From assembly GCA_963779365.1 (NCBI GenBank), contig CAVZYB010000030.1, positions 90,117 through 154,116 of the forward strand: DNA of 64,000 nt, read 5' to 3'. Below, piece by piece: positions 47,935 through 58,388 of the stretch (position 1 is its first letter; every line of letters starts with the position of its first letter). The DNA is from an uncultured Acidobacteriota bacterium (GTDB lineage Bacteria; Acidobacteriota; Terriglobia; Terriglobales; Acidobacteriaceae). Position numbers and translations under genes: made by a program. The notes under the pieces are model-generated. The model made no database searches and had not been told where the DNA came from. It saw only the letters and a program-made list of their open reading frames with translations.

Positions 47935-48261
47935 TTACGCAGCTCTGGGGAGCTCCACTCGTTCATCGTAGGTGTCTTGCGCCCTGCGGTTCAGAAAATT
48001 CAAACTCTTCCGCATCAACTCTCTTGCTTGCTGCAGATGCTCCTGCCGGCTTTCTGTCCCACTACCTTCATTCACAGCGGCAAAGGTATTCATCGAGTCG
48101 AACATTCCTCTTATTAGCGAATCCGAGACGACCGGATCGTCATGCATAACACTCAGTTGTTCAGGACTGTATTCCTTCTCTATCACTTCAATCAGAGCAG
48201 AGTGTAGGCTTTCGTTGTAGCCGGGGTGGTTTCGAATTTTGGCAATCAGCTCGTTACCCAC
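47935..48261 (-). CDS. Hypothetical helical protein (108 aa)
   Basis: Intact ORF in an AT-richer segment. No family recognised. Confidence 0.45.
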   Translation of the reverse strand: MGNELIAKIRNHPGYNESLHSALIEVIEKEYSPEQLSVMHDDPVVSDSLIRGMFDSMNTFAAVNEGSGTESRQEHLQQARELMRKSLNFLNRRAQDTYDERVELPRAA

Positions 48262-48607
48262 GTCTTCTCCTTAGTTCCCACAAATTGGGAATGTAGGAGT
48301 TAGATGCCCAGCCGATTCCTTCCGGCGCGACAGTACCTAATCTCTTGCACTTTTTCTCTACGCCGGTCCAGACGTGACTTCCTGCTCTGAGGAACGAAGC
48401 GTCGGCGGGAGGAGCAGCCAACATTTTCGCACGAGACCGGAGACCACAAGCCCCAACTCTGTGTTCCTGTTATCGGCATTTGTTGCTTCCTAACTATTGA
48501 ACGCGACGCACATTCAATACGAGATAATTGTCTAATAATTGTCTTAGTCCCCTTTTTCTGAATGGCCCAGAGCAAACCCGATACTCACGGGATCATCTCA
48601 CCGGCCC

Positions 48608-49417
48608 ATGAATGTTCCAGTGAAAGTGCAATTGATAGTCCCTGCTTTTCTGTCTCTGCTAATGCTAACGGGTTCTGCCCTCGCGCAGTCAACCGCAGAC
48701 TCCGACAACGCGACCATTACTAAGCCTCAACAGAAGGAGATTCACTCCGCCGAGCTACCAGGTAGCATGTCCAAAGCTGCCGCCGCAGCGAGCCCAGAAC
48801 CATACATCGTGCTTACGCCCGTCATCAATCCGAACAAACCAAAGGGTGAGCATAGTCCGTTCGTCTGGAGAATCGAAACTGGGATTGAAATTACTCCGAA
48901 TCGGTCTGCCATTTCACGAGGTCACCTATATCCGCAGCAATCACGCATCGCGTCTGTAATTGGATTGCAGGCTATCAAATGGTTCAAATACAACGGCGTT
49001 TCTTTTCAATCTGACTGGAGTAACACAGACACAAGACTGGCTAACTCCTCTCAAAACACTTGGACAATGAATCGCGTCAGTTTTGACGGCGAATATCTAA
49101 GGCGTTTTGTCTTACGTTCTTGGGAGCCATTTATAAAAGCCGGTGTAGGTGGCACAGTTTTTATTTCGGGGCATGATAGATGTCAGACACCTAATGAATC
49201 ATGTGTTGGGCCTGAGGTTGGATTGGATTCACGTTTCGAAGAAATTCTTGGAGCAGGTATCGCGAAAGGTCGCTTTGTTGTTGGTTACGACGCACATTTT
49301 ATTCGTAATCCTGATTTTTCAGATCACACATGGTTTCCCCAGAGGAATGTCATCAATGCAATCTTTATAGGGATAAGTGATTTAAGAGGCAACAAAACAC
49401 GCGGAAGACGAGAATGA
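48608..49417 (+). CDS. Hypothetical secreted protein, possibly an outer-membrane beta-barrel (269 aa)
   Basis: Signal peptide LIVPAFLSLLMLTGSALAQS. Alternating aromatic/beta-strand-like segments. AT-richer than its surroundings. No family recognised. Confidence 0.5.
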   Translation: MNVPVKVQLIVPAFLSLLMLTGSALAQSTADSDNATITKPQQKEIHSAELPGSMSKAAAAASPEPYIVLTPVINPNKPKGEHSPFVWRIETGIEITPNRSAISRGHLYPQQSRIASVIGLQAIKWFKYNGVSFQSDWSNTDTRLANSSQNTWTMNRVSFDGEYLRRFVLRSWEPFIKAGVGGTVFISGHDRCQTPNESCVGPEVGLDSRFEEILGAGIAKGRFVVGYDAHFIRNPDFSDHTWFPQRNVINAIFIGISDLRGNKTRGRRE

Positions 49418-49533
49418 GAGTAATGACCCGAGTTCATTAGCGGGCTGAAGCGAAGCAATGCCCGCATCGCTCCAGCTCACGAACACCTGGCAATGCCGTC
49501 GCAAACGCGCGATGACAGGTATACTCCTCTCTT

Positions 49534-50112
49534 ATGAGCACCCACGACAGCAACGAGGTCGAAATTAAGTTTCTGGTTCATGATGCCGAGGCTCTCCTGC
49601 ACTCACTCGAAAACGCGGGCTTCCGCCAGAAAACCCCTTCGACCTTCGAAGCCAACACTCTTTACGACTCGGCCACCGGTGACCTTCGCCGTGCCGGAGA
49701 GGTTCTGCGCCTCCGCCTCTATGACGATCACTGGCGGCTCACCCACAAAACCCGCGGCACCGCCAGCAAGCATAAGACTCGGGTCGAGCACGAAACCGAA
49801 GTTGCCAACGGTGAGGAGATGCACGCCATCCTCGTCGCCCTTGGTTTCAGTCCATCGTTCCGCTATGAGAAGTATCGCGCCGAGTGGACCGACGGCACCG
49901 GCGAGCTCGTCATCGACCGCACCCCCATCGGCGACCTCGCCGAAATCGAAGGCGCGCCCCAGTGGATCGACCGCATCGCAAAACTCCTCGGCATCAGCGA
50001 AGCCGATTACATCACCGATTCCTACGCTGAGCTATTCTTCCGCTGGAAGCAGCGCACCGGAAGCCCCGCTCTCAACATGACCTTCGACGAGTGCGGCACC
50101 CCGCGCCCATAA
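49534..50112 (+). CDS. CYTH-domain protein (class IV adenylate cyclase / triphosphatase family)
   Basis: 192 aa. N-terminal EVEIKF (ExExK) motif, LRLR, ETEV, EGAPQWI layout typical of CyaB/ThTPase-like proteins. Confidence 0.75.
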   Translation: MSTHDSNEVEIKFLVHDAEALLHSLENAGFRQKTPSTFEANTLYDSATGDLRRAGEVLRLRLYDDHWRLTHKTRGTASKHKTRVEHETEVANGEEMHAILVALGFSPSFRYEKYRAEWTDGTGELVIDRTPIGDLAEIEGAPQWIDRIAKLLGISEADYITDSYAELFFRWKQRTGSPALNMTFDECGTPRP

Positions 50113-50147
50113 CTCACCCGCGCCACTGGAGATGGACTCCATAAGAA

Positions 50148-50196
50148 TCGGGTGCCCCGGGTTCGCCTTCCTTTACCTAACCGGGATCGTCTGACC
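50148..50196 (+). repeat. REP-like hairpin, diverged type I copy
   Basis: TCGGGTGCCCCGGGTTCGCCttcctttACCTAACCGGGatcgtCTGACC, 36 nt after the CYTH gene stop. Confidence 0.65.
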
Positions 50197-50281
50197 TTAG
50201 TTTTTGCCCTCGGTGGTTTTCGTACTTCCCTGCACAAAAAAACGGGCCCGTTTCCAGGCCCGCCGTTTCCGCCAACTGCTT

Positions 50282-52405
50282 CTAGTGTCCTCTCGGTTCC
50301 TTGTCCTTGTCCTTCTCCTTGTCCTTGTTGTTCTCTTTCGGAGGCGGAGCATTCCTGTGCTGCGGTGCCGGCTCCGCCGTGCGGGCGGGCGGCGGAGGGT
50401 TATGCGGTGGCTGCGCCGGAACCATTGCGTGCGGCGCAGCGGGTGGGCTCGCAGGACGCGCCGGCACCACCGCCTTTTCCTCCGGCTTCTGTCCACCTTG
50501 GTTCGTATTGGCCGGAGTGCGGCCAATGTTCTCATTTGTCCAGACCGGAGTGCGTTGCGGGTTGACCTGGTTGCCATTCCCCGGCGTGTTCCCGTTGCCC
50601 CCGGCTTGCGGCGGACGCGCAATGTTGGGTGCCGGTGCATTGACCGGTTCGCCCGAACGTACCCCGTTCGGATTCGCATTCGCTGGCGATCCAGGCTGCG
50701 GCGAGCGGCCATAGGTATTCGAGGGAATGTTCGGCTGACCGTGTACATTCCCCGCCGCCGGATTTCCCGACGGCTGATTGATCACCGTCGGCCTTCCCTG
50801 CTGATTGCTCCCAGGTTGAATCTGCCGGGGAGAACTCCCTCCCACCTGATTCCCTGCGGGCTGTCCGCCCCGATTAGCCGGCACGGGCGCTGATTTCCGC
50901 AGATTACTCCGCACCTCCGGGCTCAACGGTGCGCCATTGGATTTCTCCAGCAACGGCCGCTGCTGTTCGAAGCTCACCGGACGCGGCGGCGGAGCTGCTT
51001 TCGAAAACACTTGCCGGGGCGCAACCATGCGTGCCGGAGCCGTCGCCGGAGCGTGCCCGCCCAGAACCGCCTGCTCTGGTCGGTACCACTGCCGCCGTGG
51101 TCATCACGCTGCCCCGTCCCACGGCCGAAGCCGGAACCACCACCGTGCTTGCCTCTTAACGGTCTTCCCGAGGCGAACGTGCTGCTCGAAACTCCCGTCA
51201 CCGCGCCATTCACCGTGGCATTCTCATAGTGAATGTTGTTGATCGTCGTGTTCCTGATATTTACGTTGGTGGTCGTGTAGTAATTGTTGACCACCGTCAC
51301 GTTCACCACCCGCGAGTTGGAAATGTTCACATTCCGCGCATACACTGCGCTCACCTGGTAGGAGGGAATAAACGGATCATGCCAGCCCAGTGGAACCCAG
51401 GCCACTCCGCCGCCTCCGAAGCCGAGTGACACGCCGAAGCTCGGACCGCCGACCCATGCAACCAGCGCCGGAGCATACACCGGACGAACCCCTACCGGTC
51501 CCGGAACCCATCCCCAGCGGCCGCCTACCGCAACCCACCGCCCATAGTGGAACGGAGCAAATCCCCAGGGCGCGTCGTCCACCCAGGTCCATCCCCACGG
51601 CTCTACCCAGGCCCAGTGGCCTTCGCGATACGGAGCCCAGCCCGGATGCACGTTCGGATACCACACGTTGCCGTACATTGGCGAAGGCTCCCAATAACCG
51701 TTGGCGTCCAGATCCTCGTAGCCGACCGTCCCGGCAGCGACATAGCCCGCCGAACGCGACGAAGTCTCCTGACGCTCGCGCACCTCACACCAACTGTCGA
51801 AGCCATCCGGGTCAGGCACCCACGAGCTGGTGTACGAAAGCGATTGTCCCGCAGCTGAAGCTGAAGCGTTGACCGCCGCGTACCTCTACCAGCGCGTTGT
51901 TCTCTCCGCTCGCTTCCCCATCGCCACGGCGCACCGTGATCCAGCTTTGATCCTCGTCCGGCAGCACGTCAAAGCGGTACTCGCCCGGACTGCTCACGGT
52001 GTAGGCAAAATTCGGGGTGTCGACTTCGACAATCTCTCCCTCGTGCAGGTAGCGCACCGACAGGTTCAGAACCCCCTGGTCCAACTCGATCTGCGCCGTG
52101 TTGTCATCCAGATTTGTAATGGTGACGCTGGTCTCGCTTCCCAACCGCAGCGCTGCCGACGCCAAAGACAATTCCGCCCGCGAGTCGCGATCGGTCCAGA
52201 TCCGGTCAGCCGTCGTCAACGGACGATTCAGGTTCGCGTCCACCCAGTCATCCACTCCGCCCGGCTGCAAGGAAACCAAGCCTTCCATGAACTGCAAGCG
52301 CGCAACCCGGCTTGGAGGATCGGCCTGATCCTGAGCAACCGCCAATCCGCTGATTGCCAACATGGTAAGTACAACGAAAACTTTGAAACGCAGCGATGCC
52401 TTCAT
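50282..52405 (-). pseudogene. Secreted protein: FecR/DUF6600-like N-terminal domain, Trp/Gly/Tyr-rich repeat region, Asn/Val/Thr-rich segment and Pro/Asn/Gly/Gln-rich tail (about 700 aa), at least 3 frame disruptions
   Basis: Signal peptide MKASLRFKVFVVLTMLAISGLAVAQ. ARLQFMEGLVSLQPGG...ADRIWTD (51812-52405). GYWEPSPMYGNVWYPNVHPGWAPYREGHWAWVEPWGWTWVDDAPWGFAPFHYGRW...NVTVVNNYYTTTNVNIRNTTINN (50974-51819). Low-complexity tail ending KENNKDKEKDKDKE (50282-51028). Confidence 0.7.
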
Positions 52406-52597
52406 GGTGTTCTGTTCTCCTCACAACGGGACGCAAGCGATGACTTCCGTGAGCATTTCACACCCGCTCCGGCTATGTAAACCCCTGCCCCGGCGAATGG
52501 TTTTCCCTGCTCAAAAATGAAAACCGCCCGGCCGGGCGGCTCTTGTGTCTAAGTGTCGTTCAGAAATAAGCCGGTGGCTGTCGAATGAACAAGACGC

Positions 52598-52635
52598 CAG
52601 GTGGCCCACATCCGCCTGTCTTTGGCGAATGTGGG
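52598..52635 (+). repeat. REP-like hairpin, type II variant
   Basis: CAGGTGGCCCACATCCGCCtgtctttGGCGAATGTGGG, just downstream of the secA stop (52645-52647). Confidence 0.7.
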
Positions 52636-52644
52636 AAGAGACAC

Positions 52645-55600
52645 CTAATCGTTCGCCCCGTGGCACTTCTTATATTTCTTCCCGCTGCCGCATGGGCAAG
52701 GATCGTTGCGTCCGACCTTGTCGCCGCGAACCACCTGCTGTACCGCTGTCGCCGGTCCCGCTCCCGCCCGCTGTGCCTGCTCCAGTTCGCGTGCTTTGCG
52801 CCGCTGGAATTGCTTCTCCACGTCGTCCAGCGAGGTCTGCATCCGCCTCGGCGCGTGGCTCTCGGCGCCTGCGTCGCCGGAACCGTCTGCAGCGCGGGCT
52901 TCCACCGCCGGTGCACCCAGCGGCCGCCGTCAACCGTGGCACGCGTAGCTGATCTCGTCGCCGTTCTCGTCCACCACCCGCATCATGTACAGATAGCGCA
53001 CCGTCTCTTCTTCAAAGTGCTCCATCATTTCTTCAAACAGGGTGAACGACTCGCGCTTGTACTCAATCAGCGGATCATGCTGGCCGTAGCCGCGCAGTCC
53101 GATGCCTTCCTTCAGGTGGTCCATCTGCAGCAGATGGTCTTTCCACAGCTGGTCCAGCACGCTCAGCATGATCACCCGCTCGTGCTGCCGCATCGCATCG
53201 GCGCCGATCAGCTTTTCCTTCGCGTCGTAGCGCGCAATCAGCCGCGCAAAGATCGCATCGCCCAGCTCATGATGGTTCAGCGATTTCGGGTCCACGCCCT
53301 CGGCCAGAAAGTCCACTCCAAAGCGGCCATGGACCTCAGTCTTCAGCCCGGCAATGTCCCAGTTCTCCGGATGCACTTGCTCGCCGGCGAACTTTTCCAG
53401 AATCCCGCCCAGCAGGTCGCGCACATAATCCTGCTGAATCAACTCCTTCTGTTCGTTGCCTTCCAGCAGTTGCCGGCGCAGCCCGTAGACCGCCTCGCGC
53501 TGCTTGTTCATCACGTCGTCGTACTCAAGCAGATGCTTACGGGCTTCAAAGTTCTGGCCTTCCACGGCCTTCTGTGCCGCTTCAATGCGCCGCGTAATCA
53601 GCCCCGATTCAATCGGGATGCCCTCTTCCATGCCAAGCTGCCGCAGCAGGTTTGAAACCCACTCCTTGGCGAAGATGCGCATCAAATCGTCTTCCAGCGA
53701 CAGATAGAAGCGCGACGCACCCGGATCGCCCTGGCGTCCCGCGCGGCCCCGCAACTGGTTGTCGATGCGCCGCGACTCGTGCCGCTCCGTGCCCAGGATG
53801 AACAATCCGCCCGCGTCGATCACCTGCGCGTGCTCCACGTCGGTCTCTGCCTTGTACTTGGTCAGCAGCTCCGCCCATGTCCCCGCCGGAATGCTGAACT
53901 CCTGCCCCTGGTAGTACCAGTACGCCGTCGTCGGATCGTCGGGCCGTGCTTCCACGCCGCCTGCCACCGCCTTCACGGCCGTCGCCAGTCCGCGCTTCAG
54001 CGCCTCCTGCTTGGCCATGAATTCCGGATTTCCGCCCAGCAGAATATCCGTGCCGCGGCCTGCCATGTTGGTCGCGATCGTCACCATCCCGTAGCGTCCG
54101 GCCTGGGCCACAATCTCGGCTTCGCGCTCGTGGTACTTCGCGTTCAGCACCACGTGCTTGATGCCTTTTTTCTTCAGCAGCTCGCTCAGCCGCTCCGACT
54201 TTTCAATCGAGGTCGTACCCACCAGCACCGGCTGCAGTTGTCTCGTGGATGCGCGCAATCTCATCGGCCACGGCGAAGTATTTTTCCTTCTCCGTGCGGT
54301 ACACAACGTCCTTGTTTTCCTTGCGCGACATCTCGCTGGTTGGTCGGAATCACCACCACTTCCAGCTTGTAGATCTTGTCGAACTCGGCGGCTTCCGTCT
54401 CCGCCGTGCCGGTCATGCCCGCCAGCTTGTGATACATGCGGAAGTAATTCTGGAAGGTGATCGTCGCCAGCGTCTGATTCTCGCGCTCGATCTTCACCCC
54501 TTCCTTGGCTTCCACCGCCTGGTGCAGTCCATCCGACCAGCGCCGTCCCGGCATCAGGCGTCCGGTGAACTCGTCCACGATCAGCACTTCGCCGTCTTTC
54601 ACCACGTATTCCACGTCGCGCTTGTAGAGGTGGTGCGCCTTCACCGCAACTTCCACGTGATGCTTCAGATCCCAGTTTTCCGGGTCCGCGATGTTGTCGA
54701 TCCCGAGCAGCTTTTCGACCTTCTCCCAGCCTGCCTCGGTCACCATCGTGTTCTTGTGCTTTTCGTCGATCACGAAATCGCCGGTATAGATCTTCTCGTT
54801 CGGCTCGGCTCCCGGCAGCTCTTCGCCCTTCTCCAGCTTCGGGATGATGACGTTGATGCGCGCGTACTTGTCGGTCGATTCCTCGCTGGCGCCGCTGATG
54901 ATCAGCGGCGTACGGGCTTCGTCGATCAGGATCGAATCCACTTCGTCCACGATGCTGAAGTAGTGTCCGCGCTGCACGCAGTCCTTCATATCGAACTTCA
55001 TGTTGTCGCGCAGATAATCGAAGCCGAATTCGTTGTTGGTTCCGTAGGTGATGTCGGAGGCATAGGCGGCTTTGCGCTGCTCGTCGTCCAGGTCGTGGAC
55101 GATCACGCCCACCGTCAGTCCCAGGAAGCTGTATACCTTTCCCATCCACTCCGAGTCGCGCTTGGCCAGGTAGTCATTCACCGTAACCACGTGCACGCCG
55201 CGTCCGGCCAGCGAATTCAGGTACACCGGCAGGGTCGCCACCAGCGTCTTGCCTTCACCGGTCTTCATCTCGGCGATGCGTCCGGAGTGCAGCACCATGC
55301 CGCCGATCAACTGCACGTCAAAATGGCGCATATTGACGGCCCGCCGTCCGGCCTCGCGCACCACGGCAAATGCCTCTTCCAGAATCGCGTCCAGACCTCT
55401 TCGATGGCGCTGTGCTGCTCTTTTTCCCACAGCTTGCGGCGCTCCGCATCCATCTCTTCTTCGGCTGGCTCCTGCAGCAGTGCCATGCCGGTCCTGCACC
55501 CGCCGCCGGAACTCATCGGTCTTGGCGCGCAGCTCTGCGTCGGTCAGCTTGCGTATCTCGGGCTCCAGCGCGTTAATGCGCTCCACGCGCGGTTTCAGCT

Positions 55601-55658
55601 TCTTCACTTCGCGCTCGTTGTGAGTCCCGAAAACCTTGGCCATCAGAGAATTAATCAA
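52645..55658 (-). pseudogene. secA: Preprotein translocase ATPase SecA (about 1000 aa), at least 5 frame disruptions
   Basis: N-terminus (M)[61 protein letters not shown] (54261-55724). NMAGRGTDILLGG, GGLFILGTERHESRRIDNQLRGRAGRQGDPG (52930-55149). C-terminal zinc motif [19 protein letters not shown] (52645-52905). TTG start at 55656-55658 is tentative. Confidence 0.92.
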
Positions 55659-55855
55659 TGCTTTGTCCTTCAGATACTTACCGGCGGAGAGGCTCGGTCG
55701 AAAATCGCATTCTTGCGGGGCCACCTAGGGCACACACCGCACCATTCAAAAGCCTACCATATCGGCTGCCACCAGGCGTGAATTTGCCTTGCCGCCAGTT
55801 TCCAGCCCTGCGTTAGCCCGAACTCGCCAGGGTTCCTCGCTTCGTCCGAGCTGTC

Positions 55856-55905
55856 GCGCGGTGCCCCACCTTCGCGTCGACTGCTTTTCGCCGATCTAAG
55901 GTGGG
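55856..55905 (+). repeat. REP-like hairpin, divergent copy with a compensated stem
   Basis: GCGCGGTGCCCCACCTTCGCG...CGCCGATCTAAGGTGGG. CCCACCTT pairs with AAGGTGGG. Lies between the divergent secA and rfbB genes. Confidence 0.5.
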
Positions 55906-56017
55906 AAACCATCCGCTCCCCCATCGCGCCTTGCCTCTGATTTATCTTGCCCTCCGTTCTCCCGCAAACAAAGTAGAATTTCGTCATCTCTATTTGTGGA
56001 GTTCCGGAGGTCTCGAA

Positions 56018-57088
56018 GTGAGACGGACAATATTAGTTACAGGCGGAGCCGGTTTCATCGGCTCCAACTTCGTACTGCAGCGCATCGCCGCCGGCGACCG
56101 CGTGATCAACCTCGACAAGCTCACCTACGCCGGCAATCGCGGCAACCTTGCTTCCATCGACGCTCACCCCGCTCACGTCTTTGTCCACGGCGGCATCGAA
56201 GACTCCGCCCTCGTCGAGTCTCTGCTCCAAACCCATCAGCCCGACGCCCTGGTAAACTTCGCTGCTGAAAGTCACGTCGACCGCTCCATCGTCAGCCCCG
56301 AAGAGTTCATCTCCACCAACGTCGTCGGAACCTTTCGCCTGCTCCACGCCGCCCTCGCCTACTACCGCGCCCTTGCCCCTGAGGCCCAGGCCCGCTTCCG
56401 CTTTCTCCACGTCTCCACCGACGAAGTCTACGGATCGCTCGGCAGCTCCGACCCAGCCTTCACCGAGACTCATGCCTACGAACCCAACAGTCCCTACTCC
56501 GCCTCCAAGGCCGCCAGCGATCACCTCGTGCGCGCCTACCAGCACACCTACGGACTGCCGACTCTCACCACCAATTGCTCCAACAATTACGGCCCATTTC
56601 AATTTCCTGAAAAGCTAATCCCGCTCGTCATCCTCAACGCGCTCAACGGCAAGCCGCTCCCGATCTACGGCGACGGACTCAACGTCCGCGACTGGCTCTA
56701 CGTCGGAGATCACTGCGAGGCCATCGCCCTGGTGCTCGACCAAGGCATCGTCGGAGCAACCTACAACGTAGGCGGCGACAGCGAAATGGCCAACATCGAC
56801 GTCGTCAACACCATCTGCTCCATCATGGATGAGGTCCACCCCGCAGGCGCTCCGCACAGTCGCCTCATCACCTTCGTCAATGATCGTCCCGGCCACGACC
56901 GCCGCTACGCCGTCGATGCCTCCCGCATCAAGCGCGAGTTGGGATGGCGGCAGCGCGAATCCTTCTCCACCGGAATCCGCCGCACCATCGAGTGGTATCT
57001 TTCCAACTCTGCCTGGATTCAGCAAGTCACCAGCGGCGACTATCGCAACTGGATCACCGCCAACTACGAATCCCGCGGTGCTAAATAA
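56018..57088 (+). CDS. rfbB: dTDP-glucose 4,6-dehydratase (RmlB/RfbB)
   Basis: [45 protein letters not shown] at 56018 lies 7 nt after GGAGG; the track ORF starts at 55901. Confidence 0.92.
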   Translation: MRRTILVTGGAGFIGSNFVLQRIAAGDRVINLDKLTYAGNRGNLASIDAHPAHVFVHGGIEDSALVESLLQTHQPDALVNFAAESHVDRSIVSPEEFISTNVVGTFRLLHAALAYYRALAPEAQARFRFLHVSTDEVYGSLGSSDPAFTETHAYEPNSPYSASKAASDHLVRAYQHTYGLPTLTTNCSNNYGPFQFPEKLIPLVILNALNGKPLPIYGDGLNVRDWLYVGDHCEAIALVLDQGIVGATYNVGGDSEMANIDVVNTICSIMDEVHPAGAPHSRLITFVNDRPGHDRRYAVDASRIKRELGWRQRESFSTGIRRTIEWYLSNSAWIQQVTSGDYRNWITANYESRGAK

Positions 57089-57105
57089 TGAAGGACGGTG
57101 CAACC

Positions 57106-57973
57106 ATGAAGGGCATCATTCTCGCCGGAGGCTCCGGCACGCGGCTCTATCCGGCAACCCTTGCCATCAGCAAGCAGCTTATCCCCATCTACGATAAGCC
57201 GATGATCTACTACCCGCTCAGCACCCTCATGCTGGCCGGAGTCCGCGAAATCCTGCTCATCTCCACGCCCACCGATCTGCCGCGCTTCCATGACCTGCTC
57301 GGCTCCGGCGAACAGTGGGGACTCAACATCTCCTATGCCGTGCAGCCCCGTCCCGAAGGCCTTGCCCAAGCCTTCCTCATCGGCGAGAACTTCATCGCCG
57401 GCCGCCCTTGCGCCCTCGTTCTCGGCGACAACATCTTCTACGGCCAGGATATGTCCAAGCTCCTCCAGCACGCCGCCTCGCTGGAAGACTGCGCCAGCAT
57501 CTTCGCCTACGCCGTGCAGGACCCAACCTCCTACGGCGTCGTCGAGTTCGATTCCGCAGGCCGTGCCGTGAGCCTGGAAGAAAAGCCTGCCCACCCCCGT
57601 TCGCGCTTCGCCATCACCGGCCTCTACTTCTACGATTCCCAGGTCGTCGCCCTGGCAAAATCGCTCAAGCCATCCGCCCGTGGCGAACTTGAAATCACCG
57701 ATCTCAACCGCCTCTACCTCGAGCGCGGCCAACTCAATGTCGTCACCTTCGGCCGCGGCACCGCCTGGCTTGACACCGGAACCCACGACTCCATGCTCGA
57801 AGCCTCCAGCTTCATCGCCACCCTCGAAAAACGCCAGGGCCTCAAAATCGCCTGCTCCCGAAGAGATCGCCTACCGCATGGGTTTCATCACCGCCGCGCA
57901 ACTCGAAACCCTGGCCCAGCCCCTGCTCAAAAGCGGCTACGGCAAATATCTCCTGCAACTCATCCAAGGCTGA
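57106..57973 (+). pseudogene. rfbA: Glucose-1-phosphate thymidylyltransferase (RmlA/RfbA), one frame disruption at about 57851-57860
   Basis: [35 protein letters not shown]. The C-terminus continues in ORF 57680-57973 (...[37 protein letters not shown]). Removing one base in GCCTGCTCCCGAAGAG restores KIAC(P/S)EEIAY. Confidence 0.92.
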
Positions 57974-57996
57974 GCACGGAAATGCAGCGAGGCATT

Positions 57997-58045
57997 ACGG
58001 GTGCCCCATGTTCGCCTTCTGTTGGCTAACGTGGGGCAGTTGACC
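57997..58045 (+). repeat. REP-like hairpin, type I
   Basis: ACGGGTGCCCCATGTTCGCCttctgttGGCTAACGTGGGGcagTTGACC, 24 nt after the rfbA stop. Confidence 0.8.
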
Positions 58046-58388
58046 TTTGCTCCCCTCAATCGATGGCATTTCGCCCAACCATACGCAAAGTAGTAACATC
58101 TGCTTGCCGCCATTTATCCAACTCACCAATCCTTGCCCATTTTCTGCACCGTGTACGGTGCAGTTACTTCACTTCCAGCGGCTAGCCCACCGAACCGATC
58201 TCGCGGTTCAAGTTTTCCCTCACCGCCAACTTGAGCTCGTACTTTCCTGGCGAATCCAAATGCTCGCCCCGCTGATTCCGTAGAGGTTCAAAACAAAAGG
58301 GCCCAGCAATATCGCTAAGCCCTTCACCATTTCCGGTTTGGTTGCAGGTTCAGAGAGAACGCCGCACCATGCCCCTGGTTGGATCGAA

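Noticed and set aside
50285-50345. Short-period repeat CCTTGTCCTTGTCCTTCTCCTTGTCCTTG, considered as a possible CRISPR or microsatellite.
   Set aside because: It is the coding sequence (minus strand) of the KDKEKDKDKE tail of the 50282-52405 protein. The period is 6-9 nt with no spacers.
1-57973. Genuine genome decay (pseudogenisation) as the cause of the frame disruptions.
   Set aside because: secA and aceE are hit multiple times. The disrupted genes otherwise show no substitutions in their conserved motifs and no deletions, and the events are all compatible with single extra bases. Sequencing or assembly error is far more parsimonious. This still needs read-level confirmation.
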